The notes beneath the pieces are model-generated. The model had not been told where the DNA came from. It saw only the letters and a list, made by a program, of their open reading frames with translations, and did not search any database. Positions 25,701 through 39,497 of a DNA stretch of 54,571 nt are shown in pieces. The position numbers and the translations under genes are program-made. The stretch is from NCBI RefSeq assembly GCF_001194135.2, contig NC_068987.1:104687233-104741803 (forward strand), read 5' to 3'. This DNA comes from Octopus bimaculoides (Eukaryota). The first letter of the stretch is position 1. Every line of letters begins with the position of its first letter.

Positions 25701-28639
25701 CTTTATATCCACTAATAATAACACGGCAGCTCTAGTGGATTAAACTTCGGTAAAATAAGTACCAGTTGAGCACTGGAGTCAGTGCAATCGATTAAATCCT
25801 GTTCCTTAAATTGCTGAAATTGTGCCAGAATTTGAAACAATTATTATTACAGCAGTGATCAACTTCACTTTCCATCTCTACTGTATAGAACAGCAGCTCT
25901 TTAACGTCAAGTGCTCGATTAGGAATATCACATGTTTTCCTCGTAAATCCCCGAGATTGACAGTAACGTTTCTAGATAGTTTCTTCGTTGTAAAGACTCT
26001 TTAAATCGAGACTAACATATTAAAAGCTTTGGTGTCTTCGCCGATAACGGAACAACACTTCAGAGCTTTGGCAGATTTATGATCCTATCTCTTACGTTAA
26101 ATTAAACGCATCAGATTTATTGACTTCTGTTGACACAAACCAGCCTTTTAGACTGTTGATACTTTTAGCTTCCACCAGACTAGCCATTAGCGCTCATTTC
26201 CTTGCTCCGGACATTGCTACTGTCACTTATTTCCTTGTTACTTTCACTGCCCGCTTTTAAGAAAAACTACGAGACTCCCTTTTCAATTGAAACGCCGCTC
26301 TGTATTGGCAATGAATACCGCTGTCTCTACACAGAAAATGGCTGTCAACGGAAGAAAATTAAATCAAATAACAGCCAAGGAGATGAATAAATAAATAAAT
26401 AAATAAATAAATAAAGCCGGTTTTAGTGGGATATGAATATTTTATTCTCAACATTTTCACACTTCGCAAACCAAATTCACACTTCAGATAATTAAAATAA
26501 TTTGCTCGAATTGCTAAAGTAACAACTGCTGTAAATATAAGCTACCATTAGCTTATATTTACTGTTTGACTCGGCCTAGTTAGTTCATGTTTATCTTCCT
26601 CTTTGATTTTACTTTTTGCTTTTCCCCTATTATATACATTTATTTTTAATTTTATAAGAAATCTAAGCATTATCTTTCGTTCAAAGTAAAGCTGTTTTTT
26701 TTTTCTTTATTATTAAAAAGACTGCGGCTGATATAATTACTGTGATATCTTCATTGTATTCTTTTTTACCGTTTAACTCTTTAGCTCTCCAACACAATTT
26801 TTCTTTTTTTTTTTTTCAGACTTTTAGTTAGCTTTTCTTTCATACGTTCGAAGTNNNNNNNNNNTTTTTTTTTTTTCAGACTTTTAGTTAGCTCTTCTTT
26901 CATACGTTCGAAGTTACCTTGGTACTTCAAAAAGTAGGGAATATGTATCATATATGATGTATGGACACCAGTGGATTGCCCTACGTATCATGTGATACAC
27001 GGGGCAGGCAAAGGGTTAAACATTTATATTTCAGTATTTACGGCTTCCTTACAATTACCAGTTTATTGAGAAAAATCACTGAGACGTCTATACAGTTTGG
27101 GAAGTGCTAACTGTGGAACGAGATTTACGAGGGAGGCCTGCAAGTCAATAAACTCCTAATATATTCAGAGGTGTTGTATGGCCGTTGTTGTATTCGCCAA
27201 TTAATCTAACAAGAAACTATGGGCTAACAGCTACCGTCCTTAATAGTGGGTTTTCAGTTTGGTTCGAACAGATTTCTACTAAAACTAATAACTAACTAAA
27301 TAGATAAATAAATATCAGAAAATGGCTGTCAGCGCCTAAGCGTGTAACTGAATACTGGATCGGTTGAAAATAACAAAGGGAATAACTGCAAAGTCAGCCA
27401 ACCTAGTAGAAATTGCAGTCAAATGTCCCTCGGATCATGATATATGATTTTAAGTCAGAAGAAAATTCTTTAGATAATACAGTCCCACCTATCAGGGCCG
27501 TCTTAGCAGCATTATAGGCCCCTGGTAAATCAATGTACTAGGCTTCACTTACTGACCCATGAAGCCCAGTGTGGCCATGCCTTGAGACAACACTGTTACA
27601 CTAAAATGACGAGATGGTCGTGGGTGGAATAAGCTTGATCATAGGCCTTCTTAATCAGAATCAACTTGGGGTTAATCAACAACAACAGGATATTCTGTTT
27701 AGGGAGTACCAATACAAACACATCCAACTGGTCACTCGATCTGCTAAAAATGGTAGCCTAATCTGTCCTAGATTATGTCCTATTTTCTTACATTACATAA
27801 TGTAGTCTAACCTACAGCCAAAAAGACGAAATGCTTATGGCTGGAATATATTTAATTATACATTTATTATCGGTCATATTTTAATCAAGGTTCACGTGGT
27901 GTCTAAGCAACTACAGTAACATCATCAGCAGCAACAACAACAACAATAAGACAATAATAACTGGAGTAAGTGATACTACCATTCTTATTGTCGATTCCCA
28001 TTCTCAACAATACATCGGGGACAATTGTTTTATTGTACTAAACATTCTGCAGGTGGCGGTTCCATCCAGTCTAAATGTGAAAGGGTCAAATACATCAGAT
28101 CAACCAGCATTCGCTTATTCAGTTGTCAACAGCTCTACTTTCACTTTCTAGCTTTTACACTCATTTCATTTCCATTTCATTTTATGTCACCCACAAACTA
28201 ATAACGCTCTTGGATATACCAACGAAAAGACCGTGGACGTTTAGGAAATAGGGAAATATAGTTAGAAAGAGAAAGTATGAGCAAGACTCCAAGTACGATT
28301 TGTCGGAGGACATGATGTGTTGAAGAGGGAGGACGAGGGGAGAGAAGAGCAGTGAAAAGTGGGGTGAGGAAGGAGACAAGCAAAAGAGTGACAAACGAAG
28401 GGAGGGAGTAAGTCGTGCAATGTAATCACTTATTACAAGCCATTAATCTTTCGCCCCCAACAAGGACCCTCTCCAAACCTTATATCTGTTGTGTTGATGT
28501 GTATTTTATAAGGCTACTTTTCACAGTTTTGTAAGTGATCAGTCTTGTTACTGCCGCCGTTCGTCCTCAGATGTTTTATTTACTATTCTTGTTGTTATCA
28601 TCTTGGCTGTTTTATTTTTGTTTTATTGACATTGCTAGT

Positions 28640-29200
28640 CTCGTCGTCGTCGTCGTCGTTGTTGTTGTTGTTGTTGTTGCTGCTGCTGTTGTTATTGTCA
28701 TTCATGGTGTTTTACATGCGCGCGCGCGCACTCACTCTCTCACACACACACAAACACACACATTTGTTCGCGCCTCTGCTTGCTTGCTTATAAGTGTGTG
28801 TGTGTGTATGTGTGTGTGTGTGTGTGTTAGTGTGAGTGTGTGTGAGTGTGAGTGAGTGTGTGTGTGTGTGTGTGTGTACAGAGAAAGAGAGAGAGAAACA
28901 GAAAGAGACCTTGTTCGCACCTATCTGCTTTCATACATGAGTGTATGTATGTATGTATGTATGTATGTATATATGTGTATAGATATATATACACATACAC
29001 ACACACATATACGTATATACATATGTATATGTATATATATATATGTATGCATATATGTGTGTGAGCATGTATGTATGTGTGTGTACATGTATGTATGTAT
29101 GTATGTGTGCATGCATGTATGTATCTATGAATGTGTGTGCATGTATGTATGTATGTGTGTGTGCATACATGCATGTGTGTATGTATGTATATTCATATAT
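28640..29200. repeat. Compound (GTC/GTT)n, (CG)n, (CA)n, (TG)n, (TGTA)n microsatellite block
   Basis: Visible simple repeats. Confidence 0.9.
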
Positions 29201-29351
29201 ATATTTTATCGTTTTGATATCTTTAGACTTCGTTGATCGCCTCACTATGTTTGTTAGTACTTCTTTGCTATTGTTGTTACGCCAATGATGCTGCTACTTG
29301 TGACGATGATGGTAAATAAACATCCCGGACGCAGCATGTTTATTGTGTTGT

Positions 29352-29383
<32 letters not shown>

Positions 29384-30474
29384 NNNNNNNNNNNNNNNNN
29401 NNNNNNNNNNNNNNNNNNNNNNNNNNNNNNNNNNNNNNNNNNNNNNNNNNNNNNNNNNNNNNNNNNNNNNNNNNNNNNNNNNNNNNNNNNNNNNNNNNNN
29501 NNNNNNNNNNNNNNNNNNNNNNNNNNNNNNNNNNNNNNNNNNNNNNNNNNNNNNNNNNNNNNNNNNNNNNNNNNNNNNNNNNNNNNNNNNNNNNNNNNNN
29601 NNNNNNNNNNNNNNNNNNNNNNNNNNNNNNNNNNNNNNNNNNNNNNNNNNNNNNNNNNNNNNNNNNNNNNNNNNNNNNNNNNNNNNNNNNNNNNNNNNNN
29701 NNNNNNNNNNNNNNNNNNNNNNNNNNNNNNNNNNNNNNNNNNNNNNNNNNNNNNNNNNNNNNNNNNNNNNNNNNNNNNNNNNNNNNNNNNNNNNNNNNNN
29801 NNNNNNNNNNNNNNNNNNNNNNNNNNNNNNNNNNNNNNNNNNNNNNNNNNNNNNNNNNNNNNNNNNNNNNNNNNNNNNNNNNNNNNNNNNNNNNNNNNNN
29901 NNNNNNNNNNNNNNNNNNNNNNNNNNNNNNNNNNNNNNNNNNNNNNNNNNNNNNNNNNNNNNNNNNNNNNNNNNNNNNNNNNNNNNNNNNNNNNNNNNNN
30001 NNNNNNNNNNNNNNNNNNNNNNNNNNNNNNNNNNNNNNNNNNNNNNNNNNNNNNNNNNNNNNNNNNNNNNNNNNNNNNNNNNNNNNNNNNNNNNNNNNNN
30101 NNNNNNNNNNNNNNNNNNNNNNNNNNNNNNNNNNNNNNNNNNNNNNNNNTAGTAGTAGTAGTAGTAGTAGTAGAGATGTTAATGTTAGTAGCCAGGTGCC
30201 GCTTCTGCTGCTGCTGCTTAGAACCTGGTAAAGAAGTCCTGTCGTAATATTCAAAACTGTTTCTACACCCGTCTTGTTTCCAGGAATATATTTACACCAA
30301 CATTATCTCAAATGTTCTTCCACTCTTTTTTTTTTTTTTCTTAAACGACAATGCTGCGTGACTTCATGGATATTCGACTGCTATTTCCAGCAGGTTCGAG
30401 TGACTATGCAGAAGCTCCTCTAATCGGCTCCTTTAATCGGCTCTTTTAGTAACCTGATCTTTTGTCAATTAATC

Positions 30475-30702
30475 TCTTATCTTTTTCTTCTTTCAGGCGT
30501 TGGACTGTAGCCATCCTGGGGGACCGCCTTGAAGGGCTTTTTGTCGAACAAATTCACCCCCAATACATTTTTTTTTTCAAATCTGGTACTTATTCTATCG
30601 ACCCTTTTGTCGAACCGCTAAGTTACAGAGACATAAACAAACTAACACCAATTGTCAAGCAGTGATGGGAGGCAAACACAAACACAAAGGCACACACACA
30701 CA

Positions 30703-30742
<40 letters not shown>

Positions 30743-31315
30743 CATACATACATACATACAAACATACATTTCCCGAGCGTTAAACTAATACATCTATTTG
30801 TTGTTTACATACCCGTCTTCGCCTTGTTTTCTTTTTTTTTCTTTTTTTTTTTTGAAATTCCAAAAACAAACGGAAAATTTATAGCTAATTCCTCATCAGT
30901 CAACGATGGGCTTCTTTCTGTTTCTTATTTCTTTATTGCCCACGAGGGGCCAAACATGGAGGGGACAAACAAGGACAGACAAAGGGATTAAGTCGATTAC
31001 ATCGTCCCCAGAGCGTAACTGGTATTTAATTTATCGACCCTGAAAGGATGAAAGGCAAAGTCGACCTCGGCGGAATTTGAACTCAGAACGTAGCGGCAGA
31101 CGAAATACCGCTAAGCATTTTGCCCGGCGTGCTAACGTTTCTGCCAGCTCACCGCCTTTCTGTTTCTGGGCTTCTTTCTGTTTCTGTCTACCAAATTCAC
31201 TCACAAGGACTCTGGTCGGCCCATGGCTATAGTAGAAGACATTTGTTCAAGCTGCCACGCAATGGAACTGAACCCGGAACCTCGTGATTCTAAAGTCAAC
31301 TTCTTACCACATAGC
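30475..31315 (-). mobile_element. Bipartite SINE (5' half 31168-31315, internal microsatellite, 3' half 30475-30700) with nested insertions
   Basis: Both halves in the same orientation around (CA)n/(TACA)n; interrupted by a family A SINE. Confidence 0.7.
30926..31157 (-). mobile_element. Young SINE family A nested in the bipartite SINE, 19-bp TSD
   Basis: tgggcttctttctgtttct at 30907-30925 and 31167-31185. Confidence 0.9.
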
Positions 31316-31974
31316 GTGATAGAGTGTGACAGTCATAGTATTCTTGTCCTTGTTGCTTAACCCCAAATCAACGCTCATCAAACAGAACTATTATCAAAGG
31401 AATACCAGCTGTAAGCATCCCATATCCCCTCCCTCTCTCTCTCNNNNNNNNNNAAGGAATACCAGCTGTAAGCATCCCATATCCCCTCCCTCTCTCTCTC
31501 TCTCTCTCCCTCCTTCTCTCTCCCTCCTTCTCTCCCTCCTTCTCTCCCTCCTTCTCTCCCCCCTCTCTCTCTCTCTCTTTCTCTCTCCTGTGTAGCTGCA
31601 ACCCAAGATCACTTCATTTTTTATTATTATTACTTTAAGATGGGAAGGTGTGATAACAGGGTATTTTAGCTACTCTTTCTAGCTCATCGAATGTGGATAT
31701 CTGCTGTGGTGGTGATGACAATGTTGGTGGTGGTGATGGCGATGCTGGTGGTGGGAGTGTAGGAAGCGGTGACAGCGGCCGCAGCAACGACGCCGATATT
31801 GGCGTTGGCTTAAAGCCGGAAGTGCGGTGCGGTGATAACAACAATGGTGTTGGAGTTGGTGGGTGGGGGTGCTGGTCGTAATGTATGTTGGTGTTGTCAC
31901 TGGTTGTGTCGGCGACACTTGCGACGCAGACAATGGAACGTTACACCCACAGTCAGACAATGAGGGGAAAACCT

Positions 31975-32385
31975 CTACGTGGTCAATCGATTCGCTAGAA
32001 ATTGCAGCTAAATCTCCCTAACGTCCTAAGAAAAAAGGAAGGATACGTTGGGTAAGGTATTCCCAGATAAACAAAAAGGTGTGTTGGTCAAGACTGGAAG
32101 GTCTTTGGCCATACGTTTGCTCGATCAAGGCTGTCCAGGAGCGAAACAATAGCAACAATAACATTTAGTCTACGGAAGAAACATCGAAGTGATCGTTCGA
32201 CATCCTAGAAATAGCCGCTAAGTCGCCCTCAGATCGTATTTTTATATTTAGGAAAGCGAAAGAGATATTGGACTTTGTAACCCTAGATACATTATGCTTG
32301 AAAAACAGACGGAATGGTCAAGGATAGAACGCCTTTGACCGTAGGTCTATCCGATCAGAGATGACATGATCCAAATAACAACAGC
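31975..32385 (+). mobile_element. Two tandem copies of old SINE-like family E
   Basis: Repeated ctagaaat(t/a)gc..ctaa...cctttg.ccat(a)g..t.ctcgatca..gctg...aacaa units. Confidence 0.55.
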
Positions 32386-33950
32386 ACTAATATCTAGATA
32401 ACAACATATCCAAAATATCGCTCTACTTGTCATGACATGTGTTCGGGTGTTACACTTCTAACAATCATGACTATGGGACGATATTGGAAACAGTCGAAAC
32501 AAAGTTGGAGATTAACGCTTTCAGCATTAACTATGGAAGAAAATCGATAACATGACTGAAATCTTTAATATAATGTTTTCTGATTTAGGTACAAGGTCAG
32601 CATTTTTAGGAGTAGGGTAAAGTCGATACCATTCATGCCACTACTCGACTGGAATCAGTATAGATTTTTCACATGTAAATATGATTTATCGTTGTATTAA
32701 TGTTATTAATGTTTGTTTGGTATAAGTAGTGTGTCTTGAAGGTGTTGAAGGAGAACAGGGTATGTCACCACTGTAAGGCGTGTAGGTTTTGTACCGATAA
32801 TGCCTGCGAAAGACAGATTATCGATTCATAATGTGAAACCCTGCGACAACGTCATATGAGTATCTGTGGTTAGAAGTGACAGCGGGAGTCATTTATTTTC
32901 AGCCGAAAGTTGGGGAGGAAGCTGTGAACATTACGGGGAATTAGTACAAATCAATCGATAGATTGTGATGAAGAAAGATCTCCATTGGAACAGGATGTGA
33001 TGGAGCTTCTGACCGATATGTTTTAACTAGTAAAATGAGGAGTAGATAGATCCCACAGACAGCAACTTCAGAACGTTATCACTCGAAAGCTTGCTGATGT
33101 CAAGGCCAATGATTTCGTTTTAGTTATAATTTTCAAAGGCAACTGATCTGCTGGATAAGCAAGTCTCTGGTAAATCTGGCACTTCAGAAGCCGTACGTGA
33201 AGAAAGACAAAGATTTCGATATGATAATGGAAAGGTTTGAAATGAAGTAAAGATGATATGTCTCTAGTTAAGTTTTGGAGGTTGAGCATGCTATTATATT
33301 TTCCCATAGATTAGGGGTAGATATCTACTGAGAGATAAAAATTGAGCAGTTTGATTGACCAAGCGAGGAACACACAAGTTAGCTGAAAATAAGCAACATA
33401 AAGAGTTGCAGCTGCCAACATCAGGAGCACTATATAAATGTCGAGCCCAAACTCAAATACTACTATGTATTTTGTTTGAAGAGGCGCTCACTTAAAATTA
33501 ATAAAGCTGATTGGTGGGTGTGCCTGATTACAAAAGCAACAAGCAATTGACCTTATTTATCACACCTGCGCGAAGTAATAAATATTCATTAATTGATTGA
33601 CATCGCTACGAATATTTCACACCTAAGATAAGGAAATAGCTAAGGCTTGATAAAACTACTGATTATCAGTTTGCTTGTTACGTATTTAAAAATGTAACGT
33701 TCACAAAAAAACAAAAAATTACATACATACACATTTATATACTAAATATCTATGAATATAATTAGATAACTCCATTCTTTGACTTGAGAAGGAAACCAAG
33801 GTTCAATGATGTNNNNNNNNNNTCTAGAGTCTAGTCTCTTCCCTTCCTATTTTTTTTTTTTTTTTGTTTTTCATTTTGTTCGTTTTAATTCTTATAAGGT
33901 CTTCTTTGATGCAGCAAGCTATGTTTTCAATATTATTATTATATTTATAT

Positions 33951-34230
33951 AGCGGCGAGCTGCCACAATCGTTATCACGCCCGGAAAACATTACGTTTTG
34001 AGTTCAAATTCCGCCAAGGTCAACTTTACTTCTCATCCTCTCAAAGTCAATAAAAATAAGTAGATTTAAGCACATACGTTCAGAGTTCAAATTCCACTGA
34101 GATCGACTTTGTGTTTCACCCTCTCGGAGTCGATAAGATAAGTGCCAATTATTGAGCACTGGGGCCAATGTAATCGACTTAACTACTCCCTCGAAATTAC
34201 TGGCCTAGTGTTAAAATTTGAAACTAATTA
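33951..34230 (+). mobile_element. SINE family A with internal duplication
   Basis: Two box B/core segments (gagttcaaattcc at ~34000 and ~34083). Confidence 0.7.
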
Positions 34231-34779
34231 TATCTATACTATCAAATATTGATATATATCTATAGATATATCTTACATATATATCTATACTGTTAAATAC
34301 TATCAATCTTGCTTGAAATATTTTATGAAATCTGTACATATGAAATCTATTAAAACTCATTTGATAATGGTTTCAAATTTTTGCATTAAGGACAGCAATA
34401 TTAGTGGTAAGGCTTTAATCGATTAAATCGATGCCAGTACTTGAACTTGAAAGGGTGAAAGAATGCCGTTAAACCTTTTTGTCCGACGCGTTGTCAGCTC
34501 ACCACTTTGAAACTCCGATAATAATTATAAAATTATGATACAAAATTATAGCCACAACCAAAGGCCCATGGTTAGTGGAATCTGTAGACAGCCAGCTCAA
34601 AATTTTTTGTGGTATTTTTGTTGCGGTCTTTTATGTTGTGAGTTCAAATCCAGCCGAGGTTAACTTGCCTTTTATCCCTTTCGGGGGCCGATAAAATAAA
34701 GTGCTAATCACGTACTAGATGGGGAGAGGCCTAGTCCTTTACGTTCTGAGTTCAAATCCAACGCAAATCCCGAGTTGAA

Positions 34780-35492
34780 ATCTGCTCCTTTTCTCTCCAT
34801 TCTCGCGAACTCATTTCAACCTTTTTGAATACACTTGTGACTGGTGAAGAATAATAGATCTTCTATCGAAATGTTAAACGTCGTAAACAGTGGTTTGGTA
34901 AAAGGGAAAGAGCTTAACCACAACCGAAAAGCGAACTTCATGGAAAAAAATTTCTTCTCTCTATCTGGTGGGATTGCAAAGGAGTAATTCGCTTTGAATT
35001 GTTACTATTTAATGCACCAAACAACGCTCAAGTCTACTGTCAGCAATTAGTGCGCTTGAACCAAGCTTTGAAGGGAAAAAGACTCGCTTTACTGGATTGA
35101 AAAGGAGTGATATTTCATCAGGACAATGTACGACCCCACACTGCAAAGATCTCATCATAAAATATCGAAGAGCTTGGTTGGGAAACATTCCTTATCCACC
35201 TTCTTCTCCCGACCTTGCTCCTTCAGACTACCATTTGTTTTGTTGTTTAAAGAATCATTTGCGGGACATAACTTTCGCAAGCCAGGAGGAGGTCGAAACG
35301 GACATTTCAGAGTTCTTCGCTTTGAAGCCAAAAGAGTGTTACATTGATGGGAGTAAAAAGCTTGTAAATAGATGGCGGGAAGTCATAGATAATCAGGGAA
35401 AGTACATTAATGATTAAATTTCAATTAAATATAACATTTGATCACTTGTTTCCTTTATTCAAAATTCGGACAGAACTTACGGGATGACCTGA
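34780..35492 (+). mobile_element. Mariner transposon 3' half: D,D,D transposase pseudogene plus right TIR and TA
   Basis: FLNTLVTGEE**IFYRNVKRRKQW...IWWDCKGVI...VIFHQDNVRPH...PPSSPDLAPSDYHLF...WREVIDNQGKYIND*; TIR ...gaacttacgggatgacctga followed by TA at 35493-35494. Confidence 0.95.
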
Positions 35493-35664
35493 TAATATTT
35501 AAACAAACTTCTCTTATGTTTTCCATTCCTTCAGAAGAACATGTTGAGTATAACTCCGAGGTCCATCTGTAGAAATCACTGTAAATAATCCAGAGATTTC
35601 TACTGCAAACTACAAACCTTTATCTTTAAATATGGAGTCTGCTCCGAAATTTTCGCACATTCTT

Positions 35665-35870
35665 ATACAATAGTTTTGACCAGTAATTTTAGGGGGATGG
35701 AGTTAGTCGATTACATCGACCTCAATGCTCAAATGATACTTATTTTATCGATCTAGAAAGGATGAAAGGTAAAGTCGACTTCTGCGGAATTTTAAATCCG
35801 AACGGAAAGAGCCAGAAGAAATGCTAAGCATTTTGTCCAACATGATAATGATTCCTCCAGTTAGCCGCCT
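35665..35870 (-). mobile_element. SINE family A, diverged
   Basis: gaaaggatgaaaggtaaagtcgacttctgcggaatt...agttagccgcct. Confidence 0.7.
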
Positions 35871-36598
35871 TCACATTCTTAAATAATGAAATCCATGCCT
35901 ATAAACATTTTTTTGACGTGAACGAGCTAGACGTTATAATGTAATAAGTAAAATTATAAAAGCCCTTGAAAGTACCATGCTCCGTAGCTTGAAAACAATA
36001 TGTATCAAAGATGTTTTGAAGATCTTAAGGCATGGCACTCTGACGGGATGCAAGTAATTAATATTGTATTTCCTAGATAAATTTCTTAAGTAGGCAGTTG
36101 GTAGAAAACATGTAAATTAAAGATGTACAAATGTTTGGCGTTCATGTCTTATTAAGCATCATTAAAACCATAAATGCTATTTGAATTCAAACAGTTGAAC
36201 CTCGCTGACGAAGTCGATTTTTCAGAAACAAACTACTATTTCAATATATTTCAAAACTTCTTATTTCAACGTCAAATCGGAGAACGATGAAATACACACG
36301 ATTATTTTGGCCATATGCAAACGAATCCAAGTAAAAAAGTCACAGGGGTTTTGTCCGGTGGGGGGGGGGGGTCTTAGGGAGCGTTTTGTTCGGATCCCAT
36401 AAATTAATTGTGACTTTTTTCCTAGCCAAAATTGTGACTATTACTGCGATTTTATTACTGGTCACCATGCGAACATATATTTGCTGGAGAGTAAATTCAA
36501 ATCAGGGGTTCTTCAAGCTTTTTCTCCCTTGTTTACAAATAGTGATAGTTCTGTTCTGCCTATAAAGCATTTCAAATCGCTGTTGAAAATATTATATT

Positions 36599-36960
36599 AA
36601 ACAAGAGCACTCAGAAAGCGCAAACCTCCGCCATGGCAACACTAACGTCCTCTCAACAATTAGCCGGAGATGATTTTCAAAATGAGAATACTAAACAAAC
36701 GAGAATACTAAAAATGAACTCCACCGCTCTCAAAAATTAAGTAAAAAAAAAAAGCAGGGAAAATAATCCAGAATCCTTGTCCGGTACCAGATCGGACCCA
36801 AAATCTTTCAGTTCGTGCCAGTCATGAAACCAAACATCCCTGAAAGTTTCATCCGTATCCATCCAGTGGTTCTTTAGATATCTTGTCCACGGACAAACAA
36901 ACAAACAAACGAACACGACTGAAAACAATACCTCCGTCTTCGCTAAGGCGGAGGTAATAA
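36599..36960 (-). mobile_element. Complete non-autonomous Helentron-associated element (HINE/DINE-1-like)
   Basis: Terminal hairpin tacctccgtc-ttcgctaa-ggcggaggta (36929-36956), matching sub-TIR acctccgcc at 36624-36632, internal (CAAA)n at ~36893-36910, other end aaacaagagcactc; no TSD; T-rich insertion site. Confidence 0.8.
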
Positions 36961-39374
36961 TAACCATCTGTCTAGAGATTGCGTTTCAATAAACAACTCA
37001 ACCGAAAGGAAATACTTTCTTACTAAAAGATATTTCAGTGGAAACTGATTTTTTTTGTCCGAGTCATTCATATCATAGTGACCATTATTTTTTAATTATT
37101 AGAAACTAAAACTATATTTCATATGTAAATTTCTGCGAAGCAAATATTTGTTTTATTTATTAGCAGGAATAAAGAAAATAATGTCTGTGGACAGTCTTTA
37201 AATCCACAAGATCAGTCAACGATTTGTAATTTCAGACGGTGTAAATTTCGTGGTTGTTCTTATTTGTTTTAGATACAAGCTGATCAGAGATTTCAGCGTT
37301 TTAATCCCGACGACAGAAGCATGTCGAAAGAGAGTTGGGATAGCTATAGTGAAAGAAACATTGTAAAGTACAGGTTTCAGTTGCCATGTAGTGTTCGGAT
37401 ATTTGCAGTGTGTTTGATTGTTACAAAGGGAAGTTGTTGACCAAATATAAAGCCAATATTAGCAATCTAGAAACATGGATGTGTTTCAAAGAAAGCAAGC
37501 GGATATGACAAACGAACTGAATTGTTTGAGGCCACATTCCCAGCTGTTGTACAAGTGGTTGATTGTTATGTTCACTTTGTAGAAATTACTCTGATAAATA
37601 TATAGTGCAATATAATGTAATTGTATAAAAACAAATCACATTCATGCTTAAATTTTCAAAGCAAGATTTGGGGGTATTTTTTTAAGTGCGCGGATTTTAA
37701 AAACGAAAATCAATATAGAAGAAAGAGCAGCTTTAAGGTCGAATATTGCAATAATTTGCTGAAACAGTATCGTTAGAAGATCAATATATCTCAAAAGAAG
37801 CATTTGAAGACCGAGAGTGAGTAACTGATTTATCTATTGTCGTATCGCTTACTCTAAGTTCAAATCCTGTTGAGATTATATATGCTTTATCAGGTCAATG
37901 AAATACATACGGTAATCTATATAATCTTCATACAAGACATTGCTTTTGTCATGTAGAATTAAAACAATATTCATGTTATTCATCAGTCCGAGTAATTCCT
38001 CAGCCAATTAACTGTAAAATATTTTGATACTTCAATTTCCCTCTAAAATGAATCGTTCTCTCACCCAATCCCCTCTCTCTCCCTCTCTTTCTCTCTCCAC
38101 ACACATATATATGAATACGGACCGCGAAAGCGTGGCTTATCGATCCTTTCCAAACAACAATATATGTGTGTATGCGTATAGATCATCTATATGTACGTGC
38201 ATATATATATACTTGGATGAGATATTTAATTTGTCACGCAGTTAATCACAATAGCTTTGCTTTTGGCAACTTTGATTCCAATCTGTTGCAAACATTCGAG
38301 TCAGGTGTTTGGTTTGAGGATATTCCACTCCCTTTCTCTTTCAAATCTCATACTGTAAAATGTCACAGTCACTGTCTTTTCCTCCCAACAAGATAAGAGT
38401 CGTATAGTGAAGTTGGAAATTCTATATTCTCATCTGTGTTCTCAGTCTTCCCTTGTTCTAACAGCTTTAGCTCTTCGTGAGACACTAGCATGTCAACCAC
38501 ATCATCCTGTATGATTCCTTCAAATCTTATATTATTTGCCAGTGTCACAATATCTTTCCCAGCTTGATGTAGATTTTCTGCTCGTATAAAACTTGCAAAA
38601 TCACGGATACATTCTGACTATAGATTTTCTGAAACATTATTCAAAGCTGCGGATTTCACTTCATGCCGTGTCACGGCTATGTTATCTATAACATCCATTA
38701 GGACGCAGAACTTCTTCCAAAACTGTAGGTTTATCCTCCTCCTAAATTGCGGTTGTTTGAAAGTCCTCAGATAACATGACCTAAAAAGTTAACTATCACA
38801 CCTTGATCCGTTGGCTGTGGTAAAGTTGTATTCTTGGGGATATATTCTACTCTCGCATTATTAGAAAGCTCATTTACGTCCACTGCAGTGTTTGATGCAT
38901 TGTCTGAAAGAAGCAAAGTATTGCTCTAAATATTATGTCAGTAAACCACTCTTCGGAAAGTTTCTTTGTCATTCATGCCTTCTTATTTGGACGTCAAATC
39001 AGAGGTCAATTAAATATTGCGTGAGTAGCGGCTTTAATTCCATATCACCAGCAACATTTCTTCCCGGAAGATGCGTTCAACGATTCTTAAAACCTTTCAA
39101 TCCTAGTGTTGTTGATTCTTCTCTGGAAATAAAAGCTCCAGCTGGCATGAGCTTCTAGAAACATACAGTTTCAACATTATATATTTACTTTGATGTGCAC
39201 TTCATTTTTATTTCCTTTCAACTGTTCAGGATAAGAGCAGCTTTTATATCAGCATTGGCAGCCCCACCTGACATTTTATGTTATACAAACTCCAGCGCTT
39301 CTTAAACCTTTCAAACCAGTCCTTACTACATTATTTACATTTGACGGATATGTGTCCTCATTTTGTTTGTTGTT

Positions 39375-39420
39375 AACACAACGTTTCGGCTGATATACCC
39401 TCCAGCCTTCATCAGGTGAC
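39375..39420 (-). ncRNA. Minimal type I hammerhead ribozyme motif
   Basis: gucac CUGAUGA a ggcug-gagggUauau-cagcc GAA ACGU U guguu: 5-bp stem II, loopless palindromic ACGU stem III (dimer type), GUU site, stem I with one mismatch. Confidence 0.7.
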
Positions 39421-39497
39421 TGGGAGAAATTTCGAACCTGGGTTCTCATTCCTAAGGTATTTTTAGGAATGAGAACCCAGGTTCGAAATTTCCCCAA

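Noticed and set aside
26202-26390. Signal-peptide-like small ORF followed by (AAAT)n
   Set aside because: Starts at TTG with no ATG; AATAAA comes from a microsatellite; no family recognised.
26803-26915. Direct repeat of ~50 bp across a short N gap
   Set aside because: Overlapping contig ends or allelic duplication (one SNP); assembly artefact.
26773-27019. TTAA-bounded piggyBac-like MITE
   Set aside because: Ends match only weakly (ctcttt versus cccttt) and the interval contains an assembly gap.
30860-30905. CTGATGA with ggaa..ttcc stem on the minus strand; also CTGACGA...GAAAC at 36205-36230 and gtcGAAAC at 4924
   Set aside because: Missing GAAA, unpaired stem II or missing CUGANGA core; do not satisfy the hammerhead fold.
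31396-31500. Direct repeat aaggaataccagctg... across 10 Ns
   Set aside because: Same assembly artefact pattern, not a biological tandem repeat.
31635-31960. Pro/Ser-, His- and Gly-rich ORFs
   Set aside because: All frames derive from a degenerate (GGT/CAC)n repeat; no convincing splice or domain support.
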